Source: a virus (lineage: Duplodnaviria > Caudoviricetes). From it: 24,414 bases of DNA. Position 1 is the first letter of the stretch. The number at the start of each line of letters is the position of its first letter. The stretch lies in IMG/VR virus record IMGVR_UViG_3300025382_000733, positions 1-24,414 of that record; one strand, 5' to 3'. The notes beneath the pieces were generated by a model, which saw only the letters and a program-made list of their open reading frames with translations, did not search any database and was not told the origin of the DNA. Positions 16,439 to 24,414 of the stretch are shown piece after piece. A program made the position numbers and the translations under genes.

Positions 16439-18996
16439 GAGAATATGTCAAATAAGTCTGTTGTTACTTCGTTAGTTAAATCTGGTAATCGCCAGCCAAT
16501 AGCTTCATATACAGCTAATATAGGCGGTTTAATTATTGTATCAAACATTTCAATATAGTCTACTTGAAAGTCGTTAAATTCAGGAGGAAAGTTGTAAGGG
16601 TAACAAAGAGTATCAATGTTATACTTGTTTGGTGCAATATAAATCTTTTTTACTTTACCACCAGAAGTAATCCGTTCATACTTTGTTTCTAACTTCAAAT
16701 GCTTTAACAATTGATTATACCAAATAGCGCCTTTAACGTGATTAGGTGTACCAGTACCAATCTTAAAGCCATCTGCTTTTACTTCATACTTCTCTAAGTC
16801 ACTAAGACCGCCACGGATAGCTATTTCATCAACGTGTAACGTTTTAAATGAATCGTAAACCTCTTTATAAAGACTGTTTGCCTTTATCTGATCCTGGCCT
16901 AACAAAGAGTTCTCAATAACCTTCTTAATCAGTTCTTTTGCTTTCTTAGGCGTAGTAGATCTAGCGATTTCAACACCAACGTACTTAAACTTATTAACGT
17001 TAGCTCCTTCATCGTTTAATACGTGAATGATATAACGTTTCTTCTGTAGATAAACACCTACATCGCAAATTGATTCACGTTTAAAGAAGTAACGAGGATC
17101 AGTAGACTTAAATTCTGCAGCAGACCAACGTTTAATTTCGTTGTTTAAATATGTACCAATCTCTTTATCAATTAAATCTAAACCTTGTGGTGTTACTTTA
17201 CCAGCAGCAAATAGTTTTATCTTAAGCTTATCAACAATCGGTTGAATAGTAACATGAGTACTGTCAGTGTCACCATAAATGTTAAGAGAAACGTTAACTC
17301 CGTATTTTTCTTTAGCATATGTATCAAGGATGATACCTGCTTGCTTAACCACCGACTGGCCAGTAAGAGTAATACTACCGGCGTGATCACTATCGCAAAT
17401 AGGACTAAACTTGTTAGCAAAAACACCGTAAATAGAATTAAGAAGAATCTTAATGACGTGCTGTATGGTGTCAGCTCGTTCCATATTAAACTTACACGTT
17501 TTGTATTCATCTGTGTCTGAAGTTAGATTACTTAGCTGTTTCTTATACTCAATGTACTGATTCTTGTTTTTAACACGTTCACTATAAAGACCGTCAATTA
17601 ACGAAGGCACAACACCTTTCTTCTTTTGTGTATACAGAACATTAGCTTTAGATATAGCTAACTTCTCTACTTCCATCAGCTTTTCAAGTTTTTCGTTAGG
17701 TACTGTCTTTTCTGAACCACTGGCTAACAACAAAGTAGATTCAGTATCAGTCTTACGTATAATCTTACCTATCTTAGTCTCTGGTGAGATATTTAAAGTA
17801 ATAATAGTGTTAGGGTATAGAGAATTAGCGTCATAACTAACAATAGCTGTCTTTAAACCACGTTCTGGATCTCTAACATAACCACCTTCAATTTCATCTC
17901 TAGTAGGACCAGACACAAATGTAGGTATAACCATACTGTGTTTATATGCTTCTAAAGCAACACAACCGGTAACAATTTGTACTTTACCTAAAGCAGCTTC
18001 AAAGCTAGTTAAACCTTTGTACGCTAACATACGAATGATCTTAAAGAATTGTAGTTTCTTTTCCATTCGTACTAACAGGTCAACGTCTTGAATATTATAA
18101 TCTACAAAGTTATTCCAATCGTTTTCAGACAGAGATGCTAAGTTAGTAGCATTAATAGCTAGTTTACCTTCACCTAATTCATGTTGTGCGACAAAGTTTA
18201 GTGCGTATGATTCTAATAAACCACGAGCAAAGCCTTTATACACTTCAAGATAGTCCATTGCTGATATACCGTGAATATACCAGCGATCTAACTCTTGACC
18301 TTTAACAAAGATACCTTTACGACACCAAAGACTCTTTAACGGTGATAGACGTTTAGCAGCGTTTTCACCTAATAAGTTATTGATACGATTGATAGTATAG
18401 GGAAAGTCAAAAAAGTCTGTATTCCACCCAGATAAAATATCTGGATAGTAGTCGTTTTCCCAGAAGTCTAAAAACTTATTAAGTAAATCTATTTCACTGT
18501 TACACTCTGTATAAACTACATTCTTACGAGAAGGTGTATAAGGCTTACAACCCCAGGTATAGAACGTTTCAGATAAGTTATCATATATTGTTATAAGATT
18601 AATAGGATGTTTAGCATCCTTAGCTTCAGGGAACTCGTCTGGAGAATAAACTTCAATATCAAGAAAGCAAACCTTTAGAGGGTTAGCAGAGAATTCAGGC
18701 TTTTCGTAATCGTCTTTATACTTCTCAATAAGGAACTGCTGCTCAACTTGAATATTGTGATAAAGTCTTTTAATAGCACCATCTTGTGCTGCTTTATTAC
18801 GCTCAAATGAATTTCTAAAGATCTTTTTCTTTAACTTAGTGTTAAAGATAGAAATAGCGTCATACTTATCTTGGTTAGTCTCTACATAGAAGTAGGGACT
18901 ATAGATTTCCTTTTTAACAACTCTATTACCGTTGTTATCCCAGGTAAATAGATAGGCTATAGATTCGCGAGAGTTATAATATACGTTACGGTACAC
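16435..18996 (-). CDS. gp43: Family B DNA polymerase (gp43)
   Basis: ExoI LDIEV, ExoII GWNTDFFD, ExoIII YNIQDV, SYDANSLYP, KILLNSIYG, YGDTDS, KKRY; clamp-binding-like tail DLFDIF. Confidence 0.97.
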   Translation of the reverse strand: MYRNVYYNSRESIAYLFTWDNNGNRVVKKEIYSPYFYVETNQDKYDAISIFNTKLKKKIFRNSFERNKAAQDGAIKRLYHNIQVEQQFLIEKYKDDYEKPEFSANPLKVCFLDIEVYSPDEFPEAKDAKHPINLITIYDNLSETFYTWGCKPYTPSRKNVVYTECNSEIDLLNKFLDFWENDYYPDILSGWNTDFFDFPYTINRINNLLGENAAKRLSPLKSLWCRKGIFVKGQELDRWYIHGISAMDYLEVYKGFARGLLESYALNFVAQHELGEGKLAINATNLASLSENDWNNFVDYNIQDVDLLVRMEKKLQFFKIIRMLAYKGLTSFEAALGKVQIVTGCVALEAYKHSMVIPTFVSGPTRDEIEGGYVRDPERGLKTAIVSYDANSLYPNTIITLNISPETKIGKIIRKTDTESTLLLASGSEKTVPNEKLEKLMEVEKLAISKANVLYTQKKKGVVPSLIDGLYSERVKNKNQYIEYKKQLSNLTSDTDEYKTCKFNMERADTIQHVIKILLNSIYGVFANKFSPICDSDHAGSITLTGQSVVKQAGIILDTYAKEKYGVNVSLNIYGDTDSTHVTIQPIVDKLKIKLFAAGKVTPQGLDLIDKEIGTYLNNEIKRWSAAEFKSTDPRYFFKRESICDVGVYLQKKRYIIHVLNDEGANVNKFKYVGVEIARSTTPKKAKELIKKVIENSLLGQDQIKANSLYKEVYDSFKTLHVDEIAIRGGLSDLEKYEVKADGFKIGTGTPNHVKGAIWYNQLLKHLKLETKYERITSGGKVKKIYIAPNKYNIDTLCYPYNFPPEFNDFQVDYIEMFDTIIKPPILAVYEAIGWRLPDLTNEVTTDLFDIFS

Positions 18997-19003
18997 AACA
19001 CAT

Positions 19004-19031
19004 ATTATGTACCGTCTTACAAACTAATCAA
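19004..19031 (-). promoter_or_regulatory. Putative promoter of the polymerase-queF operon
   Basis: TTGATT-N16-CATAAT, 7 nt before GTG. Confidence 0.6.
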
Positions 19032-20212
19032 GAAGGAAAGTAAACTTTTACGTGTTCTTCTATGTGATCTTCTAACCAATACTTGGTTGCAACTTTACGC
19101 GCAGCATCCGATTCATTTAAATAGAATTGACGGTTGTCACAAAGTTTCTTGATAATGTCCATTGCTTCATCCGTTGTGTTAAACCTTAAAGGTGCAACTG
19201 GATCAGTATTGTATGGAGCATAATCTTGACATACACATGGAATACCTAATGCACCAGCTTCTAGATACTTGATAGGTGCTTTAGCAAGATTAAACTTATT
19301 GTATTGTAATGGTGCAATAGCAACATTTAAGTTTAACGCATCAAATGCATAGCTGTATTCGTATAACGTTTTCCATGGTACGTATTCAACATCTCCTGAT
19401 TGTACTAAGTCGTGTAATCCAAAAGGTACACCACCCATAAATACCCACTTATACTTTTTAAATGTTTTACGTACAATCGGTACAAATGGATCAATATCGT
19501 CAATCACTCCAGCTATTCTGTCTACGTTTAAGTGAGTAGGACTACCTACATAACCAATACGTGGACGCTTTTTATTAAAGTCATAGTTATCAGTGACTTT
19601 CTTTTTATTATAAAAACGATCCATCCAGAACTTAGGTAAATAGTTAGGCAACACTATAGCTGGTACACCAGTACGAGCAGTGTAATAATCTGCCATAAAC
19701 TTTGTAGGGCAAGTAATAGCATCACAATGTCTAATAATTTCAATTGCAGTTTTACCAATAATAGGATCTACAAAAGCAGTACGAGACTTATTGTATAACG
19801 GGATATCCTCTGGGAAAATAACATCGTCAATTTCGTAGTATAGTTTAAACTTGTTACCTTTATTAGAAGTATCTCTTAAGAACTTTGCAAACTGTAATTG
19901 AGGTTCAGTAACTTGACGTTGTATTTTTACAGATTTAACTTGTGCATAGTATCTAGGATCCAAAAGCATCATAGTAGAGTTAGTGATAACACCTCTACCT
20001 GATGAGTTAATTAGTGCTTCTGGCCAATGCATACGCCAGAAACCACATCCACCATGATCAGCTGCAAAGCTCATTGCCATATTTGCTGGTGCACCCGGTG
20101 TAGGAGGTGCATAAGCTGGTTGCTGCAATCCTTCAACAGGGGCTAAAGGCGAACCAAATACAGGTGCACCAAGTGGCATTTCAGGCATTCCAAACACAAG
20201 AGGATTATTCAT
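19028..20212 (-). CDS. GT-B fold glycosyltransferase
   Basis: GCGFWR, YEIDD, VLPNYL, IAPLQYNKFNLAKAPIKYLEAGALGIP. Confidence 0.82.
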   Translation of the reverse strand: MNNPLVFGMPEMPLGAPVFGSPLAPVEGLQQPAYAPPTPGAPANMAMSFAADHGGCGFWRMHWPEALINSSGRGVITNSTMMLLDPRYYAQVKSVKIQRQVTEPQLQFAKFLRDTSNKGNKFKLYYEIDDVIFPEDIPLYNKSRTAFVDPIIGKTAIEIIRHCDAITCPTKFMADYYTARTGVPAIVLPNYLPKFWMDRFYNKKKVTDNYDFNKKRPRIGYVGSPTHLNVDRIAGVIDDIDPFVPIVRKTFKKYKWVFMGGVPFGLHDLVQSGDVEYVPWKTLYEYSYAFDALNLNVAIAPLQYNKFNLAKAPIKYLEAGALGIPCVCQDYAPYNTDPVAPLRFNTTDEAMDIIKKLCDNRQFYLNESDAARKVATKYWLEDHIEEHVKVYFPS

Positions 20213-22028
20213 TTTTAAAAGTTGTTGATCGTACAGTAATACCGTTCTTCTTTTCTAGATAAACTATTTCACCAGATGTACAGTATTTCATGCTTTCTTT
20301 ACGATGTGATATAATATATATTGCTTCTTGGTATTTTTCAACTCTCTCGCGTATTATATCCAATACCAATTCAATACCTTTCTCATCTAGTGATGAATCT
20401 AGTAATTCGTCAAATATAGATAGATTTAACCATACATTAGCTTGTGCTCTACGGATATCTTGGAATGTAAAAATCATTGCAAGGTCTATAGCTTTACGTT
20501 CAGCTCCAGAGAAGTTAAAATAGCTACATTCCACACCACGCTCATTAGTAATAGTCTCTTCAAAGAATTCATTGAATTTAACCATACTATTACTTTCAAG
20601 CTTTCTAAGATAATAAGCGAGTCTGAGATTTAATACCTCTAGTATCTTTTTAACAATAAAAGACTTTACACCCTCTTCTGAAGTAATAAATTTAGCTGAT
20701 TCTATGATATCTATTTTATTTTGATGTTTAGCTATAGTGTTTTTAATTTCTTCTTGTCTAGCGGTAATAGTATCAATAGCATCCTGAAAGTTATTAGAGT
20801 CTTTATGTAAATGGTTAATATCAACAACGAGAGATGCCTGCCATTCGTTTAACTGTTTAACTCGGTTGTTAATATTTTCTACTTCTTTCTTACGTATATT
20901 GAAATCGTTTATCTTCTTTTGTATTGTAGTAATACCTTTCTCAACTTTATCTAACTGTTCTTGTGCTTCTAATAAAAGCGGCTTCTGAATACCAACTACT
21001 TCAGTATATTTTTGTATTTCAGTCTCGCATTCAGCTTTATCCTTTTCGTATTGAGCATTAGTAGCTTCAGCTAGATCTTTACCACAATGCGGACATTTAC
21101 TGTCTACTTTCTTAAGCTTTTTGATACGATCGTTATTAAGCTTGATATGAGTTTCTGCTTCAGTAATAAGTTTATTAACTGCAGCTATTTTTTTATCACA
21201 TACGTTTTCAGCGGTCTTTAGTGCAGATAACTTATCTTGTATTTGCTTTTCAGCAACAGTATCAACAGCATCAAGCTTACTTAATTTTTCATTTAGTATA
21301 GCTAGTTCTTGTTCATTATTACGTTGACGAGTAGCGAGTACATCTAATCGTTTCTTTTTATTTTCTTCGTAAGCTTCTTTCTGTTTAACGCTATCTTGCA
21401 AGTTACGACCAGTTTCATCAGCTTTAGTATGCTCAATATCTAGTAAACGTTTTGTTTCATTAAAATCAAAACGAGCAATACTTAGCATATTGCTAAATAC
21501 TTCAAGATCAAGTATACCTTCAATAAATTTACGCTTCTCTATCTTCTTTTGAGCCATAAACGGTACAGTATTGTTTATGGTCATTACCACACTATTCTGA
21601 AACACTTCTGGTGAAGTATCAATTATATCAATAATGTATTCGGTTGTTTGTGGCACACCCGAACGTGTCTTATCCTCACCATTTATATAGAGATAACACT
21701 TGGTAGGGTTTAACGTACGAATAATTTTATATTCGGTTTTCTTGTGGTTCTCTTCTATAGTAAACTCTAATTCTACTTCACATATATCTTCAGGGTATAT
21801 GTTATTAACAATATTCTCTTTTTTAAGATCTCTAATAGTACTACCATACAATGCAAAGTGTATAGCATCAGTCATAGTAGACTTACCTACACCATTAGCT
21901 CTATCAGCTTTGTCGTAGTTCTTACCGGTAATAATATTCAATCCCGGTTTAAAATCAATAACAACCGGTCTTTTACCTACAGACAGAAAATTAGTAATTT
22001 TTACACTCTTAAAGAAGACGTACTGCAT
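20205..22028 (-). CDS. gp46: Rad50/SbcC-like recombination ATPase (gp46)
   Basis: NFLSVG, NGVGKST, coiled coil with zinc hook CPHC, FSGAE, IFDELLDSSLD, ISH. Confidence 0.95.
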   Translation of the reverse strand: MQYVFFKSVKITNFLSVGKRPVVIDFKPGLNIITGKNYDKADRANGVGKSTMTDAIHFALYGSTIRDLKKENIVNNIYPEDICEVELEFTIEENHKKTEYKIIRTLNPTKCYLYINGEDKTRSGVPQTTEYIIDIIDTSPEVFQNSVVMTINNTVPFMAQKKIEKRKFIEGILDLEVFSNMLSIARFDFNETKRLLDIEHTKADETGRNLQDSVKQKEAYEENKKKRLDVLATRQRNNEQELAILNEKLSKLDAVDTVAEKQIQDKLSALKTAENVCDKKIAAVNKLITEAETHIKLNNDRIKKLKKVDSKCPHCGKDLAEATNAQYEKDKAECETEIQKYTEVVGIQKPLLLEAQEQLDKVEKGITTIQKKINDFNIRKKEVENINNRVKQLNEWQASLVVDINHLHKDSNNFQDAIDTITARQEEIKNTIAKHQNKIDIIESAKFITSEEGVKSFIVKKILEVLNLRLAYYLRKLESNSMVKFNEFFEETITNERGVECSYFNFSGAERKAIDLAMIFTFQDIRRAQANVWLNLSIFDELLDSSLDEKGIELVLDIIRERVEKYQEAIYIISHRKESMKYCTSGEIVYLEKKNGITVRSTTFKNE

Positions 22029-22036
22029 TAGTTACA

Positions 22037-22064
22037 ATAATATAGTAATACTGTAACTTATCTA
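22037..22064 (-). promoter_or_regulatory. Putative gp46 promoter with overlapping inverted repeat
   Basis: TAGATA-N16-TATTAT, 8 nt before ATG; inverted repeat at 22030-22058. Confidence 0.45.
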
Positions 22065-22065
22065 C

Positions 22066-22923
22066 TTAAATTTTGCTTTTTACAAAATCAATCATACCGG
22101 CTACTCTTTGATCATATGTATGATTTACAGCTAATTTTTCTCCTTCTTTAGCAATGCTTTGTATAATATCAGGTCTTTTTAATAAGTCTTTAATTCCGTA
22201 TTTTAAATCGTCAACACTTGAGTATAAATAGCAGTTAACACCATGTACGAATCCTAAATCATGATAAGCAGGATTATTATCTGTAAATAGCATAGCACCG
22301 CAAGCAATAGATTCAAAACTTCTATAATTGGTATCGTTACCCATATTTTTATTGAAACCAATTTGAAAGCGGTTTAATAAATCTACCATTGCGTCACCAA
22401 ATATTTTTATATGCTGTTGTAAACCATACAATGTGGTCATATACTCTAGCAATAATTTTCTAGTAAATTCTGATTCGTTACCAACAAAGCCAAGCGGTAT
22501 ATCTCTAGTTAAATTTTTATTGTAAAATAAATCTTTATCAATTGCAGGTGGCATCCAAGCCATATTTTGAGGGTCTTGTGCTGTAAAGTCTCTTACAGCG
22601 CTAAACAACATATTATAACCCTGATTCTTAACAATTTGTTGATACGGTGCTAAACCTCTTATATGAGGATCTACTGCATAGAATATTTTATATGGTTTAG
22701 TTACATCGGTTAAATCAGGTAACCAGTGATCACCATAGTTTTCACAGTTAAAAATTACATCATAACTGTTATAATCAGGAAATACACAATAATTACTATG
22801 ACCCAGACCCCACACATCAGCTTCCCAACCAGCTCTTTGGAAAGCACGCTGAAGACAGAGACATTCTCTGTATTGTGCATTTTCTGCGTGTCTACTATAT
22901 TCTTGTATAATTAAAATCTTCAT
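22066..22923 (-). CDS. Glycosyltransferase (CgeB / Glyco_trans_1_2-like)
   Basis: WMPPAID, GFVG, IGFN, NYRSFESIACGAMLFT, HTYDQRV. Confidence 0.85.
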   Translation of the reverse strand: MKILIIQEYSRHAENAQYRECLCLQRAFQRAGWEADVWGLGHSNYCVFPDYNSYDVIFNCENYGDHWLPDLTDVTKPYKIFYAVDPHIRGLAPYQQIVKNQGYNMLFSAVRDFTAQDPQNMAWMPPAIDKDLFYNKNLTRDIPLGFVGNESEFTRKLLLEYMTTLYGLQQHIKIFGDAMVDLLNRFQIGFNKNMGNDTNYRSFESIACGAMLFTDNNPAYHDLGFVHGVNCYLYSSVDDLKYGIKDLLKRPDIIQSIAKEGEKLAVNHTYDQRVAGMIDFVKSKI

Positions 22924-23663
22924 TTTAAGTAAAATTCTTTTCTATGATGTTGAAACACTTGTTTATATGTATCAGTAGAACTAATATATGGATTACCCCA
23001 TTGACTAGGATCTCTTGCTACAGTAATTTTATAATATATAGCTAAAAGCGAAAGTATAGATTGATCGTGACGGTGATCTCTAAATTCGGCATTAAAATTA
23101 TCTGTTATATTAAGTGCATCTGAAATTATATTATAATTTGCACAAACCGATCCAAAGATATTAAAAAATTTAACACTAAAATCTGTTTTACGAAACATAA
23201 CATAACAGGCATTAACTTGATTACCGTGAACGTACTCTGGTGTATTTAATCCCATAAGATTAAAACAATCAGATTTAGTCCATTGAGCATTTTTCCAGTT
23301 TGTATTATTAGGCGAACCGTCTCTATTATCAAACAACAATACACCTTTTTCGTCTTTAGCGCAAATATCGTAAATAGCCTGTATACCATCACCGCTAACA
23401 TAATTACCGGCATCTACGTAGAAAAATACATCATCATCGTTAGCTGTTTTAAGTAACTTGTTAATAAAATAAGATTTCCATATCCAGTAACCGAAACCTC
23501 TTTTATCTCTAAAGTGAGCAATATTTTTTATATAAAAATCAGTTTCTATATCTGACTCTTTGTATATAATAATATTATCTACCTTGCCTTTAGCAGATTC
23601 TTTAAGTTTATCTAAAGCTAGATAGTATTGCCAGGTACCAAAACTTAATAATGTGGTTTTCAT
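22920..23663 (-). CDS. Putative GT-A type sugar transferase
   Basis: RGFGYWIWKSY, YVDAG, DHRHDQSILS. Confidence 0.65.
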   Translation of the reverse strand: MKTTLLSFGTWQYYLALDKLKESAKGKVDNIIIYKESDIETDFYIKNIAHFRDKRGFGYWIWKSYFINKLLKTANDDDVFFYVDAGNYVSGDGIQAIYDICAKDEKGVLLFDNRDGSPNNTNWKNAQWTKSDCFNLMGLNTPEYVHGNQVNACYVMFRKTDFSVKFFNIFGSVCANYNIISDALNITDNFNAEFRDHRHDQSILSLLAIYYKITVARDPSQWGNPYISSTDTYKQVFQHHRKEFYLK

Positions 23664-24414
23664 TTTTTTCTAGAGCTGTTTTCTACAACAGCGTAATTAG
23701 CTTTAATATTAAGCTTTTTTTCCCAAAATGCCACTTCTTTATCTCTTTCAGGTCCAAGTTTATCCCAGAAACCATCGGAACGAGCTTTATTATCACTGCC
23801 GTCTCTATCTAACATTCTTTGAGTTGTACTATCAGGTGGTATACTTCTTTGTTGCTTAATTTGGTTGACCATCCATTGTTGATGCTCAATATAGATATCA
23901 CCACGATAAGTCAATCTATTAAGAGACTTATAAATCTGAAACATCCACTGATCAGACCAGTTAACTAAGAATTCGTCTCTTACAAAATAACCAATCGTGT
24001 CATAATATGCACGGTGCATAAATGCATTAATACATATAGCATGTTTATGAAAACCATCATCACAATGTACACACTTGATCTTGTCTTTAGGTAACTTATC
24101 TCCTGAAAATTCTTTGATAATTTCTACATCCCAGTTATCAGTTCTAAAAACCATATCATCTCCTATATAACCGAAAATATCTTCAGTGGCTACAGCAGCT
24201 AATTGATTCCATATTTTATTAATGTTAACATCTACGTTAGGTTGAGCTGGTATATCTACGATTTTAAGAAACGTAAACGCTTTTGCCATTTTTAATATGG
24301 TATCTCGCTTAGGGTCATCTACATCCACTCCAAAATACACAGTAACATTATTAATATCGTTAGCAGTGCACAATATAGAATTAAGTAACGTGAGTTTTCT
24401 GTTGAGTCTTTCAC
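23660..24414 (-). CDS. GT2-like glycosyltransferase, 5'-truncated by the window edge
   Basis: Frame stays open to the edge (ERLNRKLTLLNSIL...); GVDVDD, IWNQLA, GDDMVF, WSDQW. Confidence 0.78.
   Translation of the reverse strand, partial: ERLNRKLTLLNSILCTANDINNVTVYFGVDVDDPKRDTILKMAKAFTFLKIVDIPAQPNVDVNINKIWNQLAAVATEDIFGYIGDDMVFRTDNWDVEIIKEFSGDKLPKDKIKCVHCDDGFHKHAICINAFMHRAYYDTIGYFVRDEFLVNWSDQWMFQIYKSLNRLTYRGDIYIEHQQWMVNQIKQQRSIPPDSTTQRMLDRDGSDNKARSDGFWDKLGPERDKEVAFWEKKLNIKANYAVVENSSRKK

Noticed and set aside
12627-17510. Alternate-frame minus-strand ORFs 12627..12815 and 17217..17510
   Set aside because: Nested in uvsX and gp43, with Leu-rich off-frame composition and no motifs
10406-18996. 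Inteins or introns in helicase, UvsX or polymerase
   Set aside because: Normal lengths, contiguous motifs, no homing endonuclease signatures
3378-21918. Other plus-strand ORFs (3378, 4681, 5776, 6859, 7156, 7594, 10281, 11708, 12619, 17242, 20290, 20442, 21700, and also 22726)
   Set aside because: All lie antisense to well-supported genes and have shadow-like composition
1-24414. Stop-codon reassignment, CRISPR array, prophage att site or bacterial chromosome origin
   Set aside because: Genes are intact in the standard code with TAA, TAG and TGA all used as stops. No spaced repeats, integrase or duplicated tRNA ends were seen, and the gene set is T4-like

Overview
AT-rich segment of a large T4-like (myovirus-type) bacteriophage genome, almost entirely on the minus strand. 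It carries an RNA cluster (tRNA-Glu, tmRNA, tRNA-Gly) and a replication/recombination module (5'-3' exonuclease/RNase H, gp45 clamp, gp32 SSB, probable gp59, DHH phosphoesterase, gp41 helicase, UvsX, gp43 family B polymerase, gp46). Four glycosyltransferase-like genes lie at the right end. The main finding is a translationally coupled run, polymerase - TGT/DpdA-like - small ORF - formyltransferase - nucleotide kinase - QueF, with FolE nearby. This points to a 7-deazaguanine (probably formyl-preQ1) DNA modification pathway that may act at the nucleotide-pool level. Other observations: an unusually long tmRNA tag, a CDS whose stop codon lies inside a tRNA, and a recurring 16-bp-spacer promoter that predicts mostly leaderless mRNAs. 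All calls are from motif recognition by eye; no searches were run.
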